From: Candidatus Saccharimonadota bacterium
GTDB lineage: Bacteria; Bacillota_I; Bacilli_A; Mycoplasmatales; Hepatoplasmataceae
DNA: 32,000 nucleotides
Direction of reading: 5' to 3'
Assembly (NCBI GenBank): GCA_027925225.1
Contig: AP027131.1
Coordinates: 450,001-482,000, forward strand
Numbering within the stretch: the stretch's first letter is position 1; the number at the start of each line of letters is the position of its first letter. The notes below the pieces were generated by a model. It saw only the letters and a program-made list of their open reading frames with translations, searched no databases and was not told the DNA's origin. The translations under genes and the position numbers were made by a program. Positions 11,612-25,131 of the stretch are shown in pieces.

Positions 11612-12064
11612 TTATTTATTTCTTCTTAAATTATTATTAACAGATTTATTTTTTATATGTTTCTCTTTTGCATCTGCTATTCTTGCGGCCTTTTTATTTT
11701 CTTTTATTTCTCTTTTTTCTTCTCTTATTTTTGCTTTAATCTCTTTTGTAAGATCATTTCACTTTGAAAAGTAGAATCACATTAAATAAGATAAAATAAG
11801 AAAACCTCAAAAAAACCCTATAATCAAACTAAATGCTAAATCACTAAAAATAACATCGCCACCCTGAACATAGTTATATGAACTTATTCCGATTGCAAGT
11901 GTAATAATTGGAAGTCCAATAAGAAGTAAAAAAATACTCATTCTTCTTGAAAATGTATACATTTTTTTACCAAAATTTGGATCAACCTTAGCATCCATTT
12001 TGTTTATAAAATTACCTATTGGTTTTTTTATTTTATTACTATAAAAAACTTTTATTTTATTCAT
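11612..12064 (-). CDS. Hypothetical membrane protein with hydrophobic helices and a Lys/Arg/Glu-rich tail, 150 aa
   Basis: Track ORF 11807-12064 extends through three TGA codons to TAA at 11612-11614. I recognised no family. Confidence 0.5.
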
Positions 12065-12135
12065 ATATAACCAATTAAATTATTTTTTTGTCTCGAACAC
12101 TTTTATTATAAATATCTTAAAATGGAAAAAAAAAA

Positions 12136-12387
12136 TTAAATTAATAAATTTATGCCTAATATTAAAAGTGCAATAAAAATAATTAAAAAAACGTATGCTA
12201 AATAAATGACAATAGTTCATTTATGCTTTTGTCAAAAGCCAACATATGAACCTTCTATCATTTTTTCTTTGTAAAATTTATCTTTTGCCCTTCATCTTCT
12301 TGTTGAATTTGAATAATACATTATCATAAATCAACCTGAAAGAGCTAAAAATATTATTGCTGCTACTATATAAAATCAACCAAACAT
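12136..12387 (-). CDS. Hypothetical small two-TM membrane protein, 83 aa
   Basis: The frame runs from ATG 12387 to TAA 12136-12138 with 6 in-frame TGA codons. The sequence MFGWFYIVAAIIFLALSGWFMIMYY...WTIVIYLAYVFLIIFIALLILGI gives two hydrophobic helices. Confidence 0.45.
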
Positions 12388-12621
12388 AAGAAATTAAATA
12401 TTAATGCTCATTATTTATTTTAATATTAAAATATAAAATTAACATTTTTTATTATTGAAAAAAGATAAAATATTAATAAAAAAATAAAAAATTATTTATT
12501 ATTTTATATTATATATTTGTATAAAATAAATAATTTACAATAATCAAATAAATAAATAAAAATACACAAAAAATAAATAAATAAATTTACACAAGAATAA
12601 ATAATGAAAAAAGCATAAAAT

Positions 12622-15099
12622 ATGAAAAAAATACTGTGAATATTCCCAATAATACCAATTATTTTAGTTAGTCAATTTTATAATTTTGGTTTTAAAAATT
12701 CTATAAACTTAGAAGAAGATGCTTTATATCCATATTTTGTTGATTCATCTAATATGATAAATGTAATAGCAGAATCTTCTACTCTTGATTCCTTCATTTT
12801 TGAGATGGATGTTATAGATAATACAAATAATGATTTTTATAATAGTGCAACATCTTCAGATAATGATTTTAATGTTTCAGTAAGAAATACAGAAGAAGTA
12901 AATGATATTCCAGTTACTTTTCTTTTAAATCAAAGTAATCCAGAAGAAAATGAATATAGATTTCTTGTTGATCTTAGTGATTTGAGTGATTTAGATGAAT
13001 TTGAAAATGGATATATTGATACAATAAATAATTTTGGTATTTCAGTTGACGGAAATTCAGAACCAGCAAAAAGATTGGTTGCAATAGGAAATAAAGATTA
13101 TGAATTAAAAAGTTCATCTACAACAGACTTTAATGTAATTGATAGTAATAATAATATTAAAAATAAAAAACTTATAATTGATGATTCTTATGAAGGACAT
13201 TCAGATAATGTTAAATTTTATCTTCCGATTGAAAATATAGGAGAAAATGCAAATACGCCTTCTACTATTGAAATTTCCCTTCAAGATATGAGCGATACTG
13301 ATGAAAAAACAAATACCAAAACTTATAATGCAAATCTTATAGATGACAATAATTTAAATGGAAAATACTATCAAATTGAAGGATTAGATGCAAGTAAACC
13401 TTATAAATTTTTATCAATAAATAATTCTAATTTAACAATTGATAATATTTTTTCATATAATCCCAATAATAATATTTTCTTTGAAGAAGATTTGAGTTAT
13501 TCTGAATCAGATTTAACTTTTAATACAAATCCTTACATTTTGGATGACGGAAGTGCTTTTACTATTAATAACGATTCTTCCACAATAAATTCAATAGAAT
13601 TTAGCATTAATGTTATTGATAATTCAGCAAATGATTTTTACAATAATTTATCTGCAAATGAAAATAAAATAGAAATAACTTTAAATAATTCTAATGGTGA
13701 AAAAACAAATATAAATGAAGCAACATATATAGGAAAAAATGAGCCCGAAGATGGAGTTTATATATTTAAAATTGAAGGATTAGAATCAAATACATCATAT
13801 GAACTAGTCTCATTAAATAACACAAATCTTTCAATAGGAAATGGAATTAATCCAACAAGTTCAATAATTACATTAGAAGAAATAGGAATCACAAATACTA
13901 CTTTTACAACAACAATGCAAACACCATTTATTGAAGAAGAAAGTTTTTCAATAACAAATGTTACATATGATTCTTTAATTTTTGAAATGAAAATAAATAG
14001 CACAGTAGATATAAGCTATGAACCCAAAGATATGAAAATAAAAATTGAAGATTTAAATGAAATATATCATGACACAACAGCTTATTATTCACCAGAAAAT
14101 AGTGATATTGAAAATTCAATTTATGCATTTGAAGTAAATGAACTTGACTCAACGACTCATGAAGAATTTAAAAGAGGAACTGAATATAAAATTTATTCAC
14201 TAGAAAATACTGGTCTTGCAATTGGAAATTCAGGAGCAGAAATAGATAATAGCATAATAATAGAAGATGATTTAAATGAAAATGGTAGTTTTACAACAAC
14301 AGGGAATCCGTATATTGATTCTAATGATGGATTTAAAATTACAAAAACATCAAAAGATTCAATTCAATTTCAACTTAAAATAATAGATGGTTATAACAAT
14401 AATTATGTTCCTCTTGAACAAATTGATGTAACAATAAAAGATTCAAATGAAAAAGAATATCAGACAATAGCAAAATATCTTTATTCAGATGAAGAATCTA
14501 ATTATATTTTTGAAGTAACAGAACTCGACTCAACGACTCATAATGGTTTTGAAACTGAAAAAAGTTATGAAATTTATTCTTTAAATAACATAAATCTTGC
14601 AGTAGGTGATGATTCTGCAGAAATACAAAATACAATTTTAACTTCTGATTTAGTAACAAATGAGAATCAAATGTTTTTTGAAATTAGTGAAAATAATTGA
14701 ATATGAATTTTAGTTTTATTAATTTTAATTATCCTTGTTATTATTGGAATTTTCATTATTTGAAAAATTATACGTAGAAAAGACAATGATACAATAATTG
14801 GAAAAATTGAGAAATTAATAGAAACAAAAGAAGAAAGTATTGAAAAATTAATTGAAAATGCCCCAATAAGTAAAATAGAAAATAATTATAAAAAAATAAA
14901 TAACAAAAAACTTAACACAAGCAAAAAAGACATAAAAAATAATATAAATGAAGAAAAAATAAACACAAATATTTCAGAATTAATAAAAGGTATTTCAGTA
15001 AAAAAAATAGAAAATAATAAAAAAATTAAAGAAATTAACAAAGATGAAGAAAATGAAAAAAACATAGAAGATGAAGAAATAAATGATCCAATAGAATAA
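12622..15099 (+). CDS. Large surface protein, 825 aa: N-terminal signal/anchor, five ~130-aa repeat modules, C-terminal TM helix and a charged tail
   Basis: Track ORF 12754-14700 extends upstream to ATG 12622 (MKKILWIFPIIPIILVSQF) and downstream through TGA codons to TAA 15097. The TM helix is WIWILVLLILIILVIIGIFIIW. Modules start near 12757, 13130, 13555, 13945 and 14330. Confidence 0.75.
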
Positions 15100-15139
15100 A
15101 AAATACTATAAAAATTTATTTTAAATAATTTAATTATAT

Positions 15140-15865
15140 TTATCTAATCTGTCTAATTGAAGTAACAACAACATCTCAAATTATTACATCTTGGGGTTGT
15201 TCTAAAACAAATTTTGTAACATTTGCAATATCTTTTGAAGTAACATAAGCTCTATCTTTATCTCTTCATTCTAAATATGGTTTTAAATATTTATTTTCAG
15301 TTTCCCCATTTTTTGCTAAATCAGTATAAACAGCTCCTGGCGAAACTATAGAAACTCTTATATTATATTGAGCTAATTCTTGTCTCATTGTTTTAGTAAA
15401 TCCTCTTACTGCATGCTTTGTTCCACAATATACAGCATGATTAACATAAGCATATCTTCCAGCCGTAGAAGCAATATTTATAATTGTTCCTTTTTTATTT
15501 CTTTTCATAGAATCAATTACTAATTGAGTTCCATTTATAACACCCAAAATATTAGAATTAATCATTCTTTCAATTAAATTATCTTTTTGTTCTTCTAAAT
15601 TTGCTAAATTCATTTCTCCTGCATTATTTATAATTGCATCTATTTCGCCATATTTTTCAATAATTTCACTAATTATCCTTTTAAAATCTTCTTTTATTGA
15701 AACATCACATAAATAGAAAAAGATATTTTTAGATTCTTTAATTTCTTTTAATTCTCTTTTATCAATAAGAAAAATATTGTCATTACCATTATTTAATATT
15801 TTTGCTATTTCTGCTCCAATTCCTTCTGAAGCGCCTGTAATAATTATATTTTTTTTCATTTCCAC
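15140..15865 (-). CDS. Short-chain dehydrogenase/reductase (SDR) family oxidoreductase, 241 aa
   Basis: The motifs are TGASEGIG (cofactor-binding), NNAG and the catalytic YCGTK. The track ORF extends through two TGA codons to TAA at 15140. Confidence 0.85.
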
Positions 15866-15930
15866 CCCTTAACAAAGTAATTATATTTCTTATTTTAATA
15901 TAAATTTTTTAATTAATTGAAAAACTTATA

Positions 15931-15959
15931 TTGCAATAAAAAAAAATGATTTTTAATAT
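15931..15959 (+). promoter_or_regulatory. Candidate sigma-70-type promoter for the coiled-coil gene
   Basis: TTGCAA (15931-15936), a 17-nt spacer, then TAATAT (15954-15959), about 60 nt upstream of ATG 16020. Chance matches of this kind are common in AT-rich DNA. Confidence 0.25.
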
Positions 15960-16019
15960 TAAAGAAATGAGAAATTAATAAATTAAATTTATATATTAAT
16001 AATAAATTAAGGGTCAAAT

Positions 16020-16451
16020 ATGAGAATTAAATTTATTTTTAAAAAAGAACAGAATTATATAAAAGAAAGAGTTTTTAAATTAGAACAAAAAAATGAAACA
16101 CTTAAAAATATTGTCATAAATGATGTTAAAAAGGATGTTTCGGATCTAAAAACGGATGTGTCGGTTTTAAAAAAAGATGTTTCAGAACTAAAAACAGATG
16201 TGTCAGTCTTAAAAAAAGATGTTTCAGAACTAAAAACAGATGTATCGGTCTTAAAGAAAGATGTTTCAGAACTAAAAACAGATGTATCGGTCTTAAAGAA
16301 AGATGTTTCAGAACTAAAAACAGATGTATCGGTCTTAAAAAAAGATGTTTCAATTTTAAAGAATGATATGTCAGAATTAAAAAATGATTTTAAAATTTTA
16401 ATTTCAAGATTTGATAATTTTGAAAAAAATTTCTATAATAAAGAAATATAG
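16020..16451 (+). CDS. Heptad-repeat coiled-coil protein, 143 aa; longest member of a four-copy family in this window
   Basis: The ORF is intact, with an AAGGG Shine-Dalgarno sequence upstream. Twelve consecutive heptads of the DVSxLKx type sit between a conserved head (IKFIFKKEQN...NIVINDVKK) and tail (DFKILISRFDNFEKNFY). Confidence 0.75.
   Translation: MRIKFIFKKEQNYIKERVFKLEQKNETLKNIVINDVKKDVSDLKTDVSVLKKDVSELKTDVSVLKKDVSELKTDVSVLKKDVSELKTDVSVLKKDVSELKTDVSVLKKDVSILKNDMSELKNDFKILISRFDNFEKNFYNKEI
16131..16384 (+). repeat. In-frame 42-bp tandem repeat (two 21-bp heptad subunits), about 6 units
   Basis: Units start at 16131, 16173, 16215, 16257, 16299 and 16341 (the last is degenerate). The central units are near-identical (aaagatgtttcagaactaaaaacagatgtatcggtcttaaag). 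Confidence 0.9.
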
Positions 16452-16496
16452 AAGAATAAATATATTTAATTTTAAATATATACAAATAATTAGGCA

Positions 16497-20244
<3,748 letters not shown>

Positions 20245-20423
20245 CAGATTTATTTATTTTTTGTTTATTACATCTCACAAAGTCATTATATTAGTATCTT
20301 TTTTTGAAGAAAAAAATATTTAAAAAGAATTTTAAATATTTAATTTTAATAAAATAAATATAATAAATAATCAATGTTTATGATATTAATTTAATAATAA
20401 TATATTAGAAATGTGTGGTAAAT

Positions 20424-21344
20424 ATGAAATTAAATGTTACTGAAAATTTAAATACAAACAAAATTAAAGAATCAAAAAAGTGATCTAATTTTTTTAAAAA
20501 AAAATATCTTGGATTAATATTTATATTTGTATTAATATTAACGTTAATTTTATCTCTTTCTTTAACACTCACAAAAAGAAAAGATGAAGCAAATAATTTT
20601 TATACATATGGTGAAAATTGTCCATATGTAATAGATATAGAATCAGAGCAATATGTTGGATATGGAAGAATTGGAATGGATGTAGCTTTTCAACTTGAAC
20701 CAGGTTATGTGCCATCTGATTATGTATATGTTTTTGAAACTTCAGAAAATTTAGAAGAAGAAACTTTAGTAGCTGAAGTGCCAATAAAATATGATTATGA
20801 TGAAGATGTAAATTCTCCTTATCATCAAAAATATCCTTATGGTGTTTATAGTGCTTACCAATATATTCCTTATAACTTTAGCAATCATATAAAAACATAT
20901 TCTATTCAAGTACAGTTAAAAGATAAAAATGAAAATAATGTTGGAATTGTAGAACTCGATACTTTTTCACTTTATGATAATCGAAAACCTAATGGTTTTA
21001 CAATAAGTCCATTTGTTAATATTCTTAATTATCAAAATATAAATTGAATGTATGGAAATTGCTATTTACATTATGAATTATTTTATCCTGAAGGAAGTGG
21101 AAAAATTAAAAATGTTTTACTTGTAGATGAATATGGAAACATTGTAAGCAGCAGCAAAGCAATAACTGGTAAAAATTTTGAATATGATTATAGAGGTATT
21201 TTATATCTTCCTGCAAATTACACATCCAAACCAATTACATATCATATAGATGTAGTTTATTCGCATAATGTTCTTCCATATGGAGATTTTACAAAAACTT
21301 TTAGAACAGAAATTTATGACAACATTACAGTTTATCCTTCTTAA
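20424..21344 (+). CDS. Hypothetical N-terminally anchored surface protein, Tyr/Asn/Asp-rich, 306 aa
   Basis: ATG 20424 joins track ORFs 20676-21047 and 21048-21344 through TGA codons. The TM segment is YLGLIFIFVLILTLILSLSL. I checked the frame and recognised no family. Confidence 0.65.
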
Positions 21345-21448
21345 AAAGAAATTTGATTTAACTAATTATTTTAAATTTAATTAATAATATAAAAATGAGA
21401 AAATTTAAGCTTTGTTAAACATACTTATAATTAATAAAGGATATTAGT

Positions 21449-21583
21449 ATGTGAATTAAATTAGTATTTAAAAAAGAACAAAATCAAGTAAATGAAAAAA
21501 ATTTAGAATTAAATCAAAAATATGAAATATTTGAAAACATTGTTAAAAAATATATAAAAGAATTAAAAATAATTTTAAATTAA
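21449..21583 (+). CDS. Truncated or degenerate member of the coiled-coil family, 44 aa
   Basis: The sequence is MWIKLVFKKEQNQVNEKNLELNQKYEIFENIVKKYIKELKIILN. The head is identical to 24210-24425, but it has a 12-nt deletion and an early stop where the Abi-like gene abuts. Confidence 0.4.
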
Positions 21584-22627
21584 ATTATTAAAAAAAGAAT
21601 TAATGTTTTTTTCTTTATAAGGATAAATTGAAATTAATTCTTCTTTTAAATTTGAAATTAATTTTTGTAATTCTGGTCTTAAACCCAGCGCAGATGATGA
21701 ACCATTAACAAATGAAATCTTATATAAAGAATTAATACTTTCCTTTAAATTAAAATTATCAATTGATTCAATTAATTTTAAATAACCTTTAAAAATAATT
21801 GTTTTTCTATGAGAAATTTTATTTCTTAAAAGTTTAATGTTTTCCATTTCTTTTAGAAACTTATCTTTAAAAATATGAAGAACATCTTCATCATTTTTAT
21901 TTAAACCAAAAATAGATAAAAAATCAATATTTATTTTATTAGAGTTCGAATAAAATATTTTCATTAATTCTTCAAAATCTTTATCTTTAATTTTATCTTT
22001 AATAATATTGATATAATCTTGAAAAACCATTTCTTCAAAAATTATTTCAAAACACTCATTACTTCTTAAATCTTTACCTGCATCTTTAAAAGACTTTTTA
22101 AAATTAATAGAATATTCATCTTTTTTTCTTAAAAATATGGGTTCGTAATTAATGCTTTCTTCAGTTAAATTTTTATCTAATTTTCTTAAAAAAATTTTCA
22201 AAATATTTCTTAAAGAAGATTCAAATGTGTCAATAAAATCATTTATTTTAATTCTTATAGAAAATTGAAAATCATAAAATTTTCTTAATACTATAAAATC
22301 TATTTTTTCCTTTTTTCTGTCTATATTTAATACATCATTAAATATATATTTCATAAAATCATAACTAATAGTATTAGCTCAAGTATAAAAATCAAAAATA
22401 TATTTTATTTTTATGTCTAAAGAAATAGGTTCTTCTTCAAATTCTTCAATTTTTTGAATGCTTAATAAGTCCCAAACTTTAAGGTAATACTTATTATTTT
22501 TAATAACTTTTGTTCACTCTAAAAGTCTTTTTTTCATTTCAATTTCATTTTTTTTAATTAATGAAACAATATTTAATAATATTGTTTCATTAGTTTGTCT
22601 ATCATAAAAATTATTATTATCATTCAT
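21575..22627 (-). CDS. Abi_2 (AbiD/AbiF-like) abortive-infection family protein, 350 aa
   Basis: Track ORF 21575-22354 extends through TGA codons to ATG 22627, with a GGTGA Shine-Dalgarno sequence upstream. The pattern is Abi_2-like: an NNKYYLKVW segment near the N-terminus, ESSLRNIL, FEIIFEEMVFQDYINII and LLRNKISHR. Its size is the same as lactococcal AbiD1/AbiF. Confidence 0.45.
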
Positions 22628-22650
22628 TTATTATCACCATTACTAAGTAT

Positions 22651-22680
22651 AAAAAAGACATTAATTAAATGTCTTTTTTT
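22651..22680 (-). terminator. Duplicated copy of the 23S rRNA terminator hairpin
   Basis: AAAAGACATT pairs with AATGTCTTTT, flanked by A and T runs. It is near-identical to 25848-25880. Confidence 0.6.
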
Positions 22681-22738
22681 ATTTTATTAACTCTCTAAAA
22701 GCTATATATTTCCATTCTTAAAAATTTAAATTAGGATC

Positions 22739-22951
22739 AATTAATAAATCATTCGTTTAATTATTACTGGATTACTATACACTTGCGTATCCAACCATCA
22801 ACCTCATAGTCCTATAAGAAGAACTTATCTCATAAATGAGTGGGATATCTTATCTTGAAGTTTGCTTCCATACTTAGATGCTTTTAGTATTTATCAATTC
22901 CATATATATCTACTCAGCAATACTCTTGGTAGGACAACTGAGACATCAGAG
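22739..22951 (-). pseudogene. Decayed fragment of the 3'-terminal ~215 nt of 23S rRNA
   Basis: It aligns with 25938-26159 (for example cttatctcataaatgagtgggatatcttatcttgaagtttgcttc is identical). It carries many G/C to A/T changes in the helices near the 3' end. Confidence 0.85.
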
Positions 22952-22981
22952 CCTTCTTCACTTGATAAAAAAATAAGTTCT

Positions 22982-23004
22982 GTTTTTATCTTTTGAGAGT
23001 TCAT
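22982..23004 (-). pseudogene. Orphan copy of the treB start codon plus about 7 codons, fused to the 23S fragment
   Basis: atgaactctcaaaagataaaaaca matches the first codons of treB at 20244 downwards. Homology ends near 22982. Confidence 0.7.
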
Positions 23005-23183
23005 CAGATTTATTTATTTTTTGTTTATTACATCTCACAAAGTTATTATATTAGTATCTTTTTTTGAAGAAAAAAAATATTTAAAAAGAATTTTAAATAT
23101 TTAATTTTAATAAAATAAATATAATAAATAATTAATGTTTGTGATATTAATTTAATAATAATATATTAGAAATGTGTGGTAAA

Positions 23184-24105
23184 TATAAAATTAAATGTTA
23201 CTGAAAATTTAAATACAAACAAAATTAAAGAATCAAAAAAATGATCTAATTTTTTTAAAAAAAATATCTTGGGTTAATATTTATATTTGTATTAATATTA
23301 ATGTTAATTTTATCTCTTTCTTTAACACTCACAAAAAGAAATGATGAAACAAATGATTTTTATGCATATGGTGAAAATTGTCCATATGTAATAGATGTAG
23401 AATCAGATCAATATGTTGGATATGGAAGAATTGGAATGGCTGTAGCTTTTCAACTTGAGCCTGGTTATGTTCCATCTGATTATGTGTATGTTTTTGAAAC
23501 TTCAGAAAATTTATAAGAAGAAACTTTAGTAGCTGAAATTCCAATAAAATATGATTATGATGATGACGTAAATTCTCCTTATCATCAAAAATACCCTTAT
23601 GGTGTTTATCGGAGCTTATCAATATATTCCTTATAACTTTAGCAATCATATAAAAACATATTCTTTTTAAGCGCAGCTAAAAGATAAAAATGAAAATAAT
23701 GTTGGGATTGTCGAACTTGATAATTTTTCACTTTATGATAATCGTAAGCCTAATGATTTTACAATAAATTCATTTACTAAAATTCTTAATTATCAAAATA
23801 TAAATTAAATGTATGGAAATTGCTATTTACATTATGAATTATTTTATCCTGAAGGAAATGGAAAAATTAAAAATGTTTTACTTGTAGATGAATATGGAAA
23901 CATTATAAGTAGCAGCAAGGCAATAACTGGTAAAAATTTTGAATATGATTATAGAGGTATTTTATATCTTCCTGCAAATTACACATCCAAACCAATTACA
24001 TATCATATAGATGTAGTTTATTCGCATAATGTTCTTCCATATGGAGATTTTACAAAAACTTTTAGAACAGAAATTTATGACAACATTACAGTTTATCCTT
24101 CTTAA
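23184..24105 (+). pseudogene. Inactivated duplicate of 20424-21344; the last 98 codons (23809-24105) remain an intact ATG-initiated ORF
   Basis: Relative to copy 1, the start ATG has become ATA (23184). The A9 run is A8, giving a frameshift. GAA has become TAA at 23514-23516, and there is a further frameshift near 23610. A TAA lies at 23668-23670, and the TGA (Trp) has become TAA at 23806-23808. Confidence 0.8.
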
Positions 24106-24209
24106 AAAGAAATTTGATTTAACTAATTATTTTAAATTTAATTAATAATATAAAAATGAGAAAATTTAAGCTTTGTTAAACATACTTATAATTAATAAAG
24201 GATATTAGT

Positions 24210-24425
24210 ATGTGAATTAAATTAGTATTTAAAAAAGAACAAAATCAAGTAAATGAAAAAATCTTAAAATTAGAACAAAAATATGAAATATTTGAAAATG
24301 TAATTATAAATGATATTAAAAAAGATATATCAGAATTAAAAATAGATTTTAAAATCTTAATTTCTAGATTTGATAATTTTGAAAAAAATTTTTATAATAA
24401 TCAAATTAGAAAAATGTTTAATTAG
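24210..24425 (+). CDS. Coiled-coil family protein, short form (1 heptad), 71 aa
   Basis: The sequence is MWIKLVFKKEQNQVNEKILKLEQKYEIFENVIINDIKKDISELKIDFKILISRFDNFEKNFYNNQIRKMFN. AAAGGA lies 8 nt upstream of the ATG. Confidence 0.65.
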
Positions 24426-24481
24426 ATTTTTAAAAAAATATAAAATTAAATCCTTTTATTCTTAATAAAATGAGGGATAAC

Positions 24482-24730
24482 ATGTGAATTAAATTGATTT
24501 TTAAGAAAAAAGAAAATCAAATAAAGAAAGAAATTTTAGAATTAAAGCAAAAATATGAAAGAATTGAAAATATTGTTATAAATGATGTTAAAAAAGATAT
24601 ATCAGAATTAAAAATAGATGTAAAAATTCTAAAAACAGACATAACAGAATTAAAAACTGATTTTAAAATTTTAATTTCTAGATTTGATAATTTTGAAAAA
24701 AATTTTTATAAAAATAAGACCTTAAATTAA
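24482..24730 (+). CDS. Coiled-coil family protein, intermediate form (3 heptads), 82 aa
   Basis: ATG TGA at 24482 gives MWIKLIFKKKENQ...INDVKKDISELKIDVKILKTDITELKTDFKILISRFDNFEKNFY. A GAGGGA Shine-Dalgarno sequence lies upstream. The track ORF at 24494 is the same frame. Confidence 0.7.
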
Positions 24731-24761
24731 ATTATTTAAAAAATAAATTTAAATAAAAATT

Positions 24762-25127
24762 TTATAAATCATTTTTATAAAGGTTTTTATTTAATCTTTC
24801 TTCAAGTTTATCCTGAGATTCTTTTAAAATATTTGCTTCGTTTTCTTTGGAAGAAAAAAATTTTGTTAAATTTATTATTTCTTTTTTATATTCTTCAATT
24901 TTATTTTCTAATTTATTATTTTGCTCTTTACTAATAATTTTTTGTTTTGTGTATATAAAAATAGCAATTAAAAAAATTAATAAACTTAAAATCCCTGAAA
25001 TAAACATTAATCTATCATCTTTTAAATCAGAAGCAACAATAAGTCAAACATCCACAATAAAAAAAGAAATAATTAAGAAAATATAGAAATAATTAAAAAG
25101 ACATTCCTTAAATTTCTTCTTTTTCAT
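24762..25127 (-). CDS. Small two-TM membrane protein with a charged coiled-coil tail, 121 aa; paralog of 1148-1570
   Basis: Track ORF 24762-25007 extends through one TGA to ATG 25127. The sequence runs MKKKKFKECLFNYFYIFLIISFFIV...ISGILSLLIFLIAIFIYTKQKIISKEQ. It starts 4 nt after the upstream Panacea-like stop. Confidence 0.55.
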
Positions 25128-25131
25128 AAAA

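Noticed and set aside
12540-12600. Direct repeats of AAATAAATAAATAAA followed by TACACAA upstream of the surface-protein gene.
   Set aside because: This is a simple (AAAT)n-type low-complexity sequence in an AT-rich spacer. I found no dyad symmetry or second supporting feature, so it is not reported as a regulatory site.
16126-16353. A 75-aa minus-strand ORF with its own repeat (HLFLVLKHLSLRPI...).
   Set aside because: It is the mirror image of the 42-bp tandem repeat. The plus-strand frame has a Shine-Dalgarno sequence, conserved head and tail, and three paralogs.
16131-16384. A regularly spaced direct repeat that could be mistaken for a CRISPR array.
   Set aside because: The units are contiguous with no unique spacers, are in frame within a coding sequence, and no cas genes are nearby.
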